Source: Candidatus Bathyarchaeota archaeon (GTDB taxonomy: Archaea > Thermoproteota > Bathyarchaeia > Bathyarchaeales > Bathycorpusculaceae). From it: a stretch of DNA of 64,000 nt. Below the pieces are notes generated by a model. That model was not told where the DNA came from and did no database searches. It saw only the letters and a list, made by a program, of their open reading frames with translations. The DNA lies in contig CAVZJV010000014.1 in NCBI GenBank assembly GCA_963775685.1, positions 2,304,001-2,368,000 on the forward strand, written 5' to 3'. The first letter of the stretch is position 1; each line of letters opens with the position of its first letter. This document shows, in pieces, positions 31,088 through 41,705 of this stretch. A program made the position numbers and the translations under genes.

Positions 31088-32230
31088 ATGAGAATCTGTT
31101 TCGTCTCCTCCTACCCATCCAATCAAGCTAGACTAAGCGAGTACGCCTATAACCTTTTAATGGAGATAGCAAAAAGACCCGCCATTAGCAAAGTTTACGT
31201 TTTGGCAGACACAGTTAAAGCTTTTGGGGAAAAATCCGCTAGAAACTCCAAAGTCGAAGTGCGGAGGGTTTGAATGGCAGATAATCCTCTATTTATAACA
31301 GCTATACTGAAAAAATTATAAAATTGAAACCGGGTATTGTCAATTTTAACATTTATTTTCAAAGCTACGGCAGAAATAGGGTAACAAAGTTTATCGGCTT
31401 CTCCCCTGCGCCCCTGTCAAGGATTTTTGAGTTCAAAACAATGGTTCTCCTGCACAATTTAGGAAACAAAGTTGATTTAAAAAAAGTAAAGGCTAAAACC
31501 CCAATCTAATCAACAAGATACGCTTACTTGTAGCCACTATGCTTGTCCTTTCCGCCTCAAGCACATTTGTAACGGTTCAATCCTACGTCGAGTACATAAA
31601 GAAGCGTTATTGGAATAACACTGTTCTGTACATACCTCATGGTACCATAGCAGCCAAAACAATACCAATACAAAGTGGCGAAGAAGAAGTAATCCTAATG
31701 TTTGGGCATATGAGGCCCTCAAAGTGGATCGATGTGTTGTTCCAATTATTTGAAAATCTTAGTAAAGAAACGGCAAAAATTAAACTTGTTATCGCAGGAA
31801 ATAACCACCCAAATTTATCAGGCCACCTCAAAAGGAATAAGAAAATCGCTCCGCAAAAGGTTGACTTTCTTGGATACGTCTAGGAAGAAACATTCCAAAA
31901 TGTATTGGGCAAAGCCGATGTCTTTGTGTCGCCCTATTCTACTTCCACTGGTACAAGCAGTGCCTTTCATCTTGCCAGCGGCTTTGGAAAGCTAATAGTG
32001 GCTTCAGCTCTACCGGAAATCAAAGAGCCCTTAAGCCAAGGTGCATCGGCCCTCATAGTTACTTCACACGATTCAAAAACTCTTAGGAAAGCATTTTGAA
32101 AAATCCTTTCTAATAGACAGTTAGCTGATACGATGGGTAAGCAGAATTTGGTCTTTGCAAAACAAGAACAATGGAGTTCTGCGGCCGAAGCATACGAGAA
32201 AGCGAATCTAAATCTCATGCATTTTAAACC
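31088..32230 (+). pseudogene. degraded GT4 glycosyltransferase
   Basis: Fragments MRICFVSSYP, YIPHG, ILMFGHMRPSK, FLGYV, ADVFVSPY, GTSSAFHLA are interrupted by stops (31271, 31881, 32097) and at least two frameshifts. Confidence 0.85.
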
Positions 32231-32468
32231 TGATAATTGGCGCGTGGTCTGTTGTCCGATGTCCCTTCCCTCCTGCGAAGAATTTCAAAAATAATTAAAA
32301 GAATAACCCTTCAAAAATATAAATAATAGCTGACGAATAACCATTCTTGTACTGCGCTTTTTCCCATAATTTTAAATCCTTGATCCAACGTTGAATAACT
32401 TTGTCCATTACTTCTGAACTGAAGATAGTGGTCGGTCCTAATGTCGTTCCCACAAAAGGTAGAGTTCC

Positions 32469-33965
32469 ATGACATCTCTATTAGCCAAAAATCGAAAACT
32501 CACAGTTTCTAAACATTCTTTTTCTCTACATATATTTGCTAACAAAATAAAAAGTGAAATCTTTGGGAGAAATCCATTGATTACTGGCAAGAAAGTAACT
32601 TCGATTTTAACCATTACGATAATAATTATTGTGTTGGTTTCTGCTTTTGTATTCATGCCAAAAGGACAACAAAGTCAACCTATCGTGCCACAAAGCACTG
32701 AAAGCCCAACTGCTACGCCCACCGCCATTCCTGAACGTACTATTTCTCCGACTCCATCCGATCCATTTTCTCAAATTACACGCTATATCACTGGATTTGG
32801 CAACACTATTGTGCAAGCTGTAACTCCTAAAACTCCCGGTATTATAGAGAACGCTTCAGCAATAAATGGTTCCTTATGGCGGCAGGTGGCAGCGAACGCT
32901 TGGAAGTATTTTCAGCCTGATATAGGTGTAAATCCCAACACTGGGCTTCCACTTTCCGGCATTAATGCTCCTTATTTTACTGATTGGGACTTAGGGGTCT
33001 ACATTCAAGCCGTTATGGATGCCAACACGACAGGAGTTATTGGTGGTAATGATACTTGGGGTTCAAGTGCACGGTTAGAAAAAATTATACATTTCCTAGA
33101 AACACGTGAACTAAACAACGCCAGTTATCCATACTGGTTCTATCAATCAAGCGATGGGAAAAACTATCATGCGATGTCAGATTTATCTAACAATACAGTC
33201 GATTATGTAGATACTGGGCGATTATTTGTTTCCCTCAATAACTTGAGAAGTTTTAATAGTAGTTTAACTCAACGCATCAATAATATTGTTCTCTATGGGC
33301 AAAATAATAACCGGTCCAACTATGCCGCTCTAATCCCCAGTATTTATTCAAATAACTTTGCATCGAATAGTATTTACGCTTACTACTTTTTTAGCGGGTT
33401 TGCAAGTTTTTGGCCCGACCAACTTTCAAGTTTGCCAAACAGAATACTTGATAACATACTAACGTCTGCTAGCATAACAACCAATAACGTCACATTGCCC
33501 ATATCCGCAATTCTAAGCGATCCACTGCTTTGCTCAGTTTTTGAACTCAACAACAGTTCTAAGCTTATGACTATAATGCACCAGGTTTATCTAGCTCATG
33601 AAGCTTACTTCAATACTACGGGTATTTACCGCGCTTTTAGTGAAGGAGCTTCCCTTTCAGACAACTGGATATACGAATGGGTAGTTTATCCTGACAATCG
33701 AACTTGGGTTGTTTTAGATGAAAATGGTCAGCCTTTCAATATGAGCCCCGTAATTTATGCAAAGGTAGCTATGGGGTTCCTTGCCATTTATAACACAACC
33801 TACTCGTATAACCTAAACGTGTACCTTGAGAAAGCTCTTCCTCCTCCATCAAACGGGTACTGTGAAGGTGTTACCGAGGAAGGTGCCCAACTTACAGGTA
33901 CTGGGTCTAATACAAACGGTTTGATTATAGGTGCAGCAAAATATGCCTTACAAAATAGTTCCTAA
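32469..33965 (+). CDS. DUF3131-like protein (GH144/GH189-related glycoside hydrolase/transglycosylase fold), membrane anchored
   Basis: N-terminal TM and P/T linker, then AWKYF..VNPNTGL, FTDWDLGVYIQAV, DTGRLFVSL, AFSEG, NTNGLII. Confidence 0.7.
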   Translation: MTSLLAKNRKLTVSKHSFSLHIFANKIKSEIFGRNPLITGKKVTSILTITIIIIVLVSAFVFMPKGQQSQPIVPQSTESPTATPTAIPERTISPTPSDPFSQITRYITGFGNTIVQAVTPKTPGIIENASAINGSLWRQVAANAWKYFQPDIGVNPNTGLPLSGINAPYFTDWDLGVYIQAVMDANTTGVIGGNDTWGSSARLEKIIHFLETRELNNASYPYWFYQSSDGKNYHAMSDLSNNTVDYVDTGRLFVSLNNLRSFNSSLTQRINNIVLYGQNNNRSNYAALIPSIYSNNFASNSIYAYYFFSGFASFWPDQLSSLPNRILDNILTSASITTNNVTLPISAILSDPLLCSVFELNNSSKLMTIMHQVYLAHEAYFNTTGIYRAFSEGASLSDNWIYEWVVYPDNRTWVVLDENGQPFNMSPVIYAKVAMGFLAIYNTTYSYNLNVYLEKALPPPSNGYCEGVTEEGAQLTGTGSNTNGLIIGAAKYALQNSS

Positions 33966-34088
33966 TGTGTCGTCACTTAAAAAAATGAGCTAATAGTAAC
34001 ATCTTCATTTTGTGCAAGCGTAAGGCATTTAGGAAGGCAACCAAAGCTTACTATAATCTATAATTTACGCTTATGTTGGAAGAACAAA

Positions 34089-35612
34089 TTGACTAATACT
34101 CTTAATCTCATTAAGGCTTGGACTATCCAAAATCAACATATTTTTCCTCTCTTGGCACTTGTCATCCCTCTTGTTATTAGGGCTATACCTGAGGTTCTGA
34201 TGGGGCCCTATGTTCTTGGCTTTGACACTTTAGGTTTTTACATTCCAAACACCCTGTTATGGTTGCAACATGGCGTAAACTTAGCAGATTTCCTTGCAAC
34301 AGCACCATTGTTCTACACGTTTTTCTTGTCTATAGTTGCTATTGGCGGATCCCCAGTTATAATGCTCAAAATAATTTCCCCTCTGCTTCTTGGGTTCTTA
34401 AGCCTATCAATGTATACATATGCCAAAAAAGGCTTGGGTTGGTTACCGTCAAAAAGTGTATTTGTGGCTCTTTTAGGGTCAATTTACTTTGTGGCTCTGC
34501 GAGCCTCTTGGGACCAACTTCGAGAAGAACTAGGGTTAGTTTTCTTTTTTGTAGTTCTAATGTTGCTTATCAAAATAAAGCAAAAATCGTGGAAACAGTA
34601 TGCAATCCTCTCTTTTGCAATGATTGCAGTAGCTTTATCTCATCAACTTGTATCTGTACTTATGTTCGGGGTAATTGCTTCCACAATAATCTATCGATTG
34701 TTCAGCAAAGATTTCCGAGTTTCTGTTACTCTAATATTAGTCTCTTTGCCTGCAGTTTCTTATTTTTTTGTCGTTTACATGAGCGGTGTGCTTCAGTCTG
34801 GGTTTCTTGATTATTCAACGAATGTGGGGTCACCATTGGCTAGCTGGACCGGTTTTACTTCTTACCAATCTATGTTAATAAGTACAGGAGGTTTGTTCAT
34901 GTATTGCTTCATCTTTATCTTACCTTTGGCATTGATAGGCATAAGTAAATTTAGAAACCTTCAGCTCGGATCTTGGCTTCTTATGAGCTTAATTCTCATG
35001 TTGCTTCCAATAGCTTCAGTAAGCCCTTACCGTTGGGTACTAATGCTTACATATCCGCTCGCATTTTATGCAACGGATTCACTAAGCAGGCTCAGGTCAA
35101 TTAAATGGAAACGTTATCGGTTCATCGTGGGAAAGATTGCAATATTTTACCTTGTTCTTTCGACAATTATTTTGAGCTTCGGCTTCATTTTTGCGACCTC
35201 AGAAAAACCTTTCACGTACTTTAATCCTAGTCAGTTTAACTATTATGCCTTTCAAATTCCTTCTTCAATGTTGCAGAATACCATCTCGCTAACTGATTGT
35301 CAAGGTACATCCAATGCCCTCAAATGGTTTAAAGATAATTCGATTAGCAGTTCGCTTCTGCTAACACATACGGTATTTTATAGTTGGGCACTGCTAGCTC
35401 TTAATGAAAGCCAAGTAAGGAACTACGGGTTTGAAGACGCTGACAAAGCCGCAATGATGGCCGCACAAGAGAGCCATTCACAATTATATATAATATGGTG
35501 GGCTAAAGGACAAGGCTGGTATTCACAACCGACATTGCCCTCTTCATTCCATGAAGTTTATCAAAGCGGAAAAATAGCTATTTACAGTTATAATTCCACT
35601 TTTGGTAATTAG
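34089..35612 (+). CDS. multi-pass membrane protein, GT-C-like
   Basis: IRAIPE..GFDTLGFY in the first loop, about 12 TMs, soluble C-terminal domain. Confidence 0.6.
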   Translation: MTNTLNLIKAWTIQNQHIFPLLALVIPLVIRAIPEVLMGPYVLGFDTLGFYIPNTLLWLQHGVNLADFLATAPLFYTFFLSIVAIGGSPVIMLKIISPLLLGFLSLSMYTYAKKGLGWLPSKSVFVALLGSIYFVALRASWDQLREELGLVFFFVVLMLLIKIKQKSWKQYAILSFAMIAVALSHQLVSVLMFGVIASTIIYRLFSKDFRVSVTLILVSLPAVSYFFVVYMSGVLQSGFLDYSTNVGSPLASWTGFTSYQSMLISTGGLFMYCFIFILPLALIGISKFRNLQLGSWLLMSLILMLLPIASVSPYRWVLMLTYPLAFYATDSLSRLRSIKWKRYRFIVGKIAIFYLVLSTIILSFGFIFATSEKPFTYFNPSQFNYYAFQIPSSMLQNTISLTDCQGTSNALKWFKDNSISSSLLLTHTVFYSWALLALNESQVRNYGFEDADKAAMMAAQESHSQLYIIWWAKGQGWYSQPTLPSSFHEVYQSGKIAIYSYNSTFGN

Positions 35613-35711
35613 CAACACAAATAATTTTTTACCCCATTATGCATAATTCATAAATAGTAAAACAATGGATTTAAATGAGACTGGGAATTCCCAACATAGG
35701 TAAGAATAGCA

Positions 35712-36104
35712 ATGCTGAATGAGTACCATAATTCTGAGGGTTTCAATTTCCTGAATAGAAAGCAATTGGCAAATCTGAAAACAAAAGCAATGCGATCAGG
35801 GATATGGTTCAAAGTGCTTCAAAGAATTGACAGAGTGCTTTTTGATTTAACTATAATGATCGTAGACAACGTTCGAAGTAGCCAATTGGCAAAAAGTATT
35901 CTTGAGCTCACTACGAAACTGGAAAATGGAATGAAAAGTGGTTTTGAAAGAAGTTTGGTTAAAATCGGTTTACCTATAGCTCAAAAAATCAGTTCCATAG
36001 CTCAGAAGTTAGGAAACCTTTCAGCTAATGAGTGGTTATTTGATACATCTTTCATTAGGTTTTTAGCTGTGTTGCATTTTAACGATTTTAGAGTGGCTAA
36101 ATGA
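35712..36104 (+). CDS. hypothetical protein
   Basis: 130-aa ORF, KTKAMRSGIWFKVLQRIDRVLFDLTI. Confidence 0.6.
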   Translation: MLNEYHNSEGFNFLNRKQLANLKTKAMRSGIWFKVLQRIDRVLFDLTIMIVDNVRSSQLAKSILELTTKLENGMKSGFERSLVKIGLPIAQKISSIAQKLGNLSANEWLFDTSFIRFLAVLHFNDFRVAK

Positions 36105-36174
36105 TCTTTTGCTCAAAGTTGCAGTCGTTGGACAAATGTTAAATCTTGAAGATACGCATACTTATGAATAGGCA

Positions 36175-36435
36175 GTGCAACAAAGAATGTTACAAACTAG
36201 CTATCACCAGATTATATTTAGGGTCAAAAAGTATGTTAAAGAGAATTGGGGGTCACCTTTCATAATGGGGTTTATGTTGCTTTTAGTCGGATCTGCAGTA
36301 TCTTTATCTTTCGGCCTATCATCGTTAGCGGATAACATTGCCGTCTCCGCATTTTACGCATTAATTGTTGGTTTAATATTGCAAGTTGTGTCTTTATTAA
36401 GAATTGGCAGAAAAAGAGAGGCAGAAGCTCACTAA
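36175..36435 (+). CDS. small two-TM membrane protein
   Basis: ENWGSPF followed by two hydrophobic helices; stop overlaps the next ATG. Confidence 0.65.
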   Translation: MQQRMLQTSYHQIIFRVKKYVKENWGSPFIMGFMLLLVGSAVSLSFGLSSLADNIAVSAFYALIVGLILQVVSLLRIGRKREAEAH

Positions 36436-37208
36436 TGAGTCAATTAGACCTTTCTTTCGTCGTTCCAGCCTACAATGAAGAAGATTATATTGAAGACACC
36501 TTAGGGACGATCGATGCTATTGTAATGGGCAAGAAACTATCCTACGAAATTGTAGTAGTAAACGATGGAAGCGCAGACGAGACTCTGACAAGGGTAAAGA
36601 CTTATGCTGGAAAAAACGGTCACGTGCGAGTCATCAGTTACGGTAAAAACGCAGGAAAAGGGTATGCTGTAAAAACCGGTTTTATGAAAGCAACTGGCAA
36701 CGTTATATTTTTTACTGATAGCGACATGGAAATTAACCTCGGCAAAATATCTGATTACATTGAGGCTTTAAAGCATGGCGATATTGTTATAGCCTCTAAA
36801 CGACATAGCGCTTCAAAAGTTGATGTACCAGTAACTCGAAAAATTCTAAGTATTTGTTTCAATGTTCTTGTAAGGCTTTTGACGGGAGTGCCTCTTAAAG
36901 ATACTCAGTCTGGTCTAAAGGCGATGAAGAAAAGCACATTCACAAACATTTTTCCTAGATTAGCTGTCAAGCGTTACGCTTTCGATGTTGAGCTGTTAGC
37001 CGTCGCAAATCTTTATGGACTAAAAGTCATCGAGATGCCGGTAAACATAAAGCTAGATGCTAAATTCAAACCGGCCGAAATGTGGCACATGCTTATGGAT
37101 CTGTTAGGAATAGCATATAGACTACGAATCCTCCACTGGTATCAGCGACAACTTCCGGAAAAAAACGGTTTTCAAAGCATGGTTTCATTTGTTCTTCGGG
37201 AAGGCTAA
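36435..37208 (+). CDS. GT2 dolichol-phosphate sugar synthase-like
   Basis: VVPAYNEE, VNDGS, GKGYAV, TDSD, DTQSGLK, AFDVELL. Confidence 0.9.
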   Translation: MSQLDLSFVVPAYNEEDYIEDTLGTIDAIVMGKKLSYEIVVVNDGSADETLTRVKTYAGKNGHVRVISYGKNAGKGYAVKTGFMKATGNVIFFTDSDMEINLGKISDYIEALKHGDIVIASKRHSASKVDVPVTRKILSICFNVLVRLLTGVPLKDTQSGLKAMKKSTFTNIFPRLAVKRYAFDVELLAVANLYGLKVIEMPVNIKLDAKFKPAEMWHMLMDLLGIAYRLRILHWYQRQLPEKNGFQSMVSFVLREG

Positions 37209-38330
37209 ATGAAAAATCTCAAAATACTATTGTTAAATTGGCGGTGCTGGTTAAATCCAGCAATGGGCGGTGCAGAGGTTTTTACACGAGAGGTTGCCAG
37301 TCGATGGGCAAAATACGGACATGACGTTACATTGTTTACTTCAGAGTTCACCGGATGTAAAAAAGAAGAAATATCTGAAGGCGTCAAAATTGTTCGCTCT
37401 GGCGGACGTCTTTTAGTCTACCACAAAGCTAAAAGCTTTTACCAAAAAGAAAATAAGATAAGTAGTTTTGATGTTGTTATTGATGAAATTAATACTCGAC
37501 CTTTTTTTGCACCCAATTTTGTACAGCAAAAAACAAAAGTAATCGCTTTAATACATCAGTTAGCCAGAGAATACTGGTTTTACGAAACACCGTTTCCGTT
37601 TAGTTACTTAGGCTACTATTATCTAGAAAATAGGTGGTTACGGCAATACATTAAAGTGCCAACTGTTACCGTCTCTGAGAGCACTCGATTCGATTTAACT
37701 GAATTGGGTTTCAAAGATATCTGCGTTGTTCCTGAGGGTTTGGGCTTTTCGCCAGTTGAGAATACTCCAAATAAAGAATTCAAGCCTATTATTGTATTCG
37801 CGGGGCGTTTGAAACGTACAAAACGACCTGATCATGCAATCAAGGCATTTAATCTTGTAAGAGAAAAAGTGCCTGAGGCACAGCTATGGATTATAGGTGC
37901 TGGTCCTCTCCGGTCTCAATTAGATCGCATGGCTGGTGAAGGAGTCACTTTTTTTGGCTCCTTAAGCAATTTTAACCGTAGAAATCTTATAAAAAAAAGT
38001 AGCGTCTTAATTAACCCCGGGCTTCGTGAAGGGTGGGGTTTAAATGTTATCGAAGCAAATGCGTTGGGGATTCCTGCAGTTGCTTACAACGTGCCAGGGT
38101 TATGTGATAGTATTAGAGACAATGACACCGGTCTATTAGTGAAAAATGGCGACTTTGAAAATCTGGCTGAGACGATTGTTGGTGTCTTGAGAGATCAAGA
38201 GTTGTTGAAGAGGTTGGGTAGAAGTGCATTGGAGTATTCTAAGGGTTTTTCCTGGGATAAAACTGCTATTGAATTTAATGATTTTATAGAACGAAGTATT
38301 CTTTCAACTGGTCCTGATAGTATTGTTTGA
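37209..38330 (+). CDS. GT4 glycosyltransferase
   Basis: GGAEVF, FAGRLKRTK, EGWGLNVIEANALG. Confidence 0.92.
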   Translation: MKNLKILLLNWRCWLNPAMGGAEVFTREVASRWAKYGHDVTLFTSEFTGCKKEEISEGVKIVRSGGRLLVYHKAKSFYQKENKISSFDVVIDEINTRPFFAPNFVQQKTKVIALIHQLAREYWFYETPFPFSYLGYYYLENRWLRQYIKVPTVTVSESTRFDLTELGFKDICVVPEGLGFSPVENTPNKEFKPIIVFAGRLKRTKRPDHAIKAFNLVREKVPEAQLWIIGAGPLRSQLDRMAGEGVTFFGSLSNFNRRNLIKKSSVLINPGLREGWGLNVIEANALGIPAVAYNVPGLCDSIRDNDTGLLVKNGDFENLAETIVGVLRDQELLKRLGRSALEYSKGFSWDKTAIEFNDFIERSILSTGPDSIV

Positions 38331-38394
38331 ATTCAGAAAAGATTAAGTGGCGACTTGAAATATTACCGATAGCTTCAATCGATTCCTTTGAACA

Positions 38395-40653
38395 ATGGAG
38401 GGAACTAATTTAACGAGAAAATTGAAGTACGTCCTCACCATTATGGTTCTTTTGGTTTTTCTGGTTTCAATGGTAAATTCTTCTCTCCAATTAACAAAAG
38501 GGTCAGTTACCTGTGAGGTTAATTATGATAAAGTTTCGACCAATTATTTGGAAGTAGAATCAAAAGAAGCTTTATCAAGCTATTATTATTCATCCTATTC
38601 TACATTGATGGAAGACTCCGATAGGCTTGAATACCCCTCCGTTTACGATGGCTACTTATGGATCGTTCGATCGAACCCATGGCCTTCAGTGCTAAAGTGT
38701 AACATCACTACGCAGGAAGTTATTGATCAGACCGCTTTACCTTATATAACAACGCTGGCCGAATATTTCCCTGCATACGTTTATGATGGTCTTGTTTTCG
38801 TTCCCGGAGAAGACGGTCTAACAGACGTTTCCAATGGTCAAATAGTAATTTTGAATGAAACCACTTTGGCTACTGTTGCGACATACAATCTTACTCCGCC
38901 AATGGCAAACTTCATTATTAGTGTAATATATGACAAAGTAAGCCAAAACCTGCTTTTCGGACTAGATTCGATGGACGGTAATGTAAATATATTGGGGGTA
39001 CAGGCATCCGAAGCCTCAAATACTTCAGCATATCGCGTAATACCCGTAGCTAACATAAGTTCATCAGGTGAAAGCCAAATAGTGACTTTCAACGATACAG
39101 TGTACGTATTATCCACTTACCCCTGCGGAGGCGCGAACGGAACAATTTACACAAGACTTTACGAAAGCAAAAACCTTGAGGATTGGATCGAAGTTTTCGA
39201 AAAAACTGGCACCAATATAGGTCCGGACGCATATTTTGGCCACTTAACAGCTTCTTCAGATTATCTGGCCGTAGGACTTTTATCTGATGAGAATACAGGA
39301 GTCACCACGAATAGGATCGAGTATATGAATAGCCAAGGACTATGGAGAGAATACGACTCACTGGTAGAAGGGAATTGGGGTGAAGATCACCCTTCAATTA
39401 ACGCTATAAGCAATGACCTGTTTTTGTGGGAAACATGTGCTAGATTTAACAGTGTGCCGCATTCAATTTTTGTGTTTAATGCAACTTCAGGAGAAATGAC
39501 CGACTTATCTATTACAACCAACAGCTCAGGATATAATGATCGATGGGTTGGCATAGATGTAGATAACAAAGCGCTCTATATCGCGGATTGTTATGCACCC
39601 TCCGGCGGAAGCCAAATCATAAAACTCGACTGGAATCTTGAATTGTCTATGCCCGATTATTTTCCTCTGCAGTATAGAATTTACTCTTTAGCAGACGAGC
39701 ATTCATCCATAGTAACTAACGGAACAGTATTTGTGAATCAAGGAGAAAGCAAATTATTCGAATATTCTCCAAACCCCGGATATTCCGTGGTTAATGTCCA
39801 AGTAAACGGCTCTTCTATTCCGGTTACTGGTAACTATACTTTTACTAATGTCTATGACAACTACATAATTTCCGTTAAATCAGATGCTAGCCGACTAAGT
39901 TATTTTACTATTGCCGGAGTGCCCTCTTCAATCACCGCCGGGTTAAATATTAACTCCACTATCGTAACAGCTTACGATTCAAGTAATAATATTATAGAGG
40001 GATACAAAGGCATATTATACTTTACAAGCTCTGACGCTAAGGCAGTTTTGCCCTATTCGTATTCAAATCTTTACATTTTCAATAATAGCGATAACGGTCA
40101 ACATACTTTTTCCGAGCTCATTCTTAAAACTGCAGGCATGCAGACAGTTACAATAACTGATGGAACAATAAGCAAAAGTTTCAATGTAATGGTTAATCCA
40201 GCTATTTTCGACCACATAACAATTTTGCCAGCCAAAGCAATGATAACTGCCGGAGCTAACCTAACTTACGTCTCATTAGCCTGGGATGCTTACACCAATA
40301 TTATAGGTGCAGTTACTTCGGTAACCTATTGGGATATAACCAGTGACGCCGGCGGCGCATGGAACTCGAATGTATATGCAAGTAAGTATCCTGGTATTTG
40401 GAATGTGACTGCCTTAGTGATGGGAGTTCAAGGTACTGCCTCTCTAACCATCGAAGCTGCTTCCACACCGATACCTACTGCTGGAGCTGATGATCGACCA
40501 ACAACTTTTCCCTCAGCTAATCACTCGCCTAATCCATTAGATGGGGCAATAATCAATCTCTTAGCGCTAATTTTGGCCTCGGGAATTATCCTTGCAGGAG
40601 CATCAATTATGATTGCCAAAAGAAGGGGCAAAAAACGCAATACCCATTATTAA
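38395..40653 (+). CDS. surface-anchored protein (beta-rich, Ig-like domains)
   Basis: Signal peptide, many N-x-S/T sequons, PNPGYSVVNVQVNG..YTFTNV repeat-like domain, C-terminal TM with basic tail. Confidence 0.7.
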   Translation: MEGTNLTRKLKYVLTIMVLLVFLVSMVNSSLQLTKGSVTCEVNYDKVSTNYLEVESKEALSSYYYSSYSTLMEDSDRLEYPSVYDGYLWIVRSNPWPSVLKCNITTQEVIDQTALPYITTLAEYFPAYVYDGLVFVPGEDGLTDVSNGQIVILNETTLATVATYNLTPPMANFIISVIYDKVSQNLLFGLDSMDGNVNILGVQASEASNTSAYRVIPVANISSSGESQIVTFNDTVYVLSTYPCGGANGTIYTRLYESKNLEDWIEVFEKTGTNIGPDAYFGHLTASSDYLAVGLLSDENTGVTTNRIEYMNSQGLWREYDSLVEGNWGEDHPSINAISNDLFLWETCARFNSVPHSIFVFNATSGEMTDLSITTNSSGYNDRWVGIDVDNKALYIADCYAPSGGSQIIKLDWNLELSMPDYFPLQYRIYSLADEHSSIVTNGTVFVNQGESKLFEYSPNPGYSVVNVQVNGSSIPVTGNYTFTNVYDNYIISVKSDASRLSYFTIAGVPSSITAGLNINSTIVTAYDSSNNIIEGYKGILYFTSSDAKAVLPYSYSNLYIFNNSDNGQHTFSELILKTAGMQTVTITDGTISKSFNVMVNPAIFDHITILPAKAMITAGANLTYVSLAWDAYTNIIGAVTSVTYWDITSDAGGAWNSNVYASKYPGIWNVTALVMGVQGTASLTIEAASTPIPTAGADDRPTTFPSANHSPNPLDGAIINLLALILASGIILAGASIMIAKRRGKKRNTHY

Positions 40654-40763
40654 ATTAAAAAGCAATACTGACATTAATATTTCCAAGTTCACAAAGGTTT
40701 ATTATACATGCATTTGGTTCTAAAATCAAGGTACTCATTTCATAATATTAAGGACGAATATAG

Positions 40764-41705
40764 ATGGCTTGCCTAGAAGCTAAGGCTCCCTTGGTCTCAA
40801 TAGTTATTCCGACTCATAATAGGAAAAGCAAATTAAAGAGATTAATAAAGTCAATTAAAGATAATGCTTTTCACAATATTGAAATAATAGTTGTTGATGA
40901 TGCTTCAACTGATGGCACGTACAAAGAAATTGGCGCTTTATTTCCGGACATAACGATTTTCAGTAATCAAAAGAAACGTCTTGTCTCTGCATGCCGTAAT
41001 ACAGGGATAAAAAACTCGCACGGAGATTTTATTTTTATAATTGACGACGATAACATCATAGACAGCCACTGCATAGGAAACCTTGTTCAAGTGTTACTTA
41101 AACGCATGAACGTCGGTGTCGTGGCACCGCTTATGTATTATTACAATCAACCGCAGATAATTTGGTGTGCTGGCATTAAAAGAAATCTTGTAACGAGTAG
41201 GACAATAACAATTGGTAACGGCAAGCTTGATGGAAACAAATTCAATGTGGCTATTGAATCCGATGATTTTCCTAACGCTTTTATGGTTAGAAAGGAAACC
41301 GTGAAGGCGCAAGGCGTCTTGTTTGACGAGCAGTATTTTCCATTCATGTACGAAGAATCCGATTTTATTGCAAGAATCAAAAAGAACGGGTGGAAGGTTA
41401 TGCTCGTTCCGAAAGCAAAAATTTGGCATGACGTTCCAAACGACCTTTTCTTCATGGGGCGCTACACAAATCTAAAAGCATATTATTTGGCTAGAAACAG
41501 AATACTATTCCATAAAAAATATAGCCAGAGTTATGAATTCTCGATTTTTAAAACAATTTTTCTTCCATTTTTTTCCTTAACCTACACGACACTTATTTTA
41601 CAGCATTGGCTTTTGAAAGGCAAGTTTCAATCAAGCATTCAAACTTCCCAGTCATACATTAAAGGCATTGTCCACGGTATAGCATTATCACGAGAAATAG
41701 TTTAA
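40764..41705 (+). CDS. GT2 glycosyltransferase
   Basis: VSIVIPTHNR, VVDDASTD, IDDD, YEESD, WHD. Confidence 0.92.
   Translation: MACLEAKAPLVSIVIPTHNRKSKLKRLIKSIKDNAFHNIEIIVVDDASTDGTYKEIGALFPDITIFSNQKKRLVSACRNTGIKNSHGDFIFIIDDDNIIDSHCIGNLVQVLLKRMNVGVVAPLMYYYNQPQIIWCAGIKRNLVTSRTITIGNGKLDGNKFNVAIESDDFPNAFMVRKETVKAQGVLFDEQYFPFMYEESDFIARIKKNGWKVMLVPKAKIWHDVPNDLFFMGRYTNLKAYYLARNRILFHKKYSQSYEFSIFKTIFLPFFSLTYTTLILQHWLLKGKFQSSIQTSQSYIKGIVHGIALSREIV

Noticed and set aside
31881-31883. Pyrrolysine or selenocysteine readthrough of in-frame TAG/TGA in the GT4 gene
   Set aside because: The stops are accompanied by frameshifts and degenerate motifs, which indicates a pseudogene
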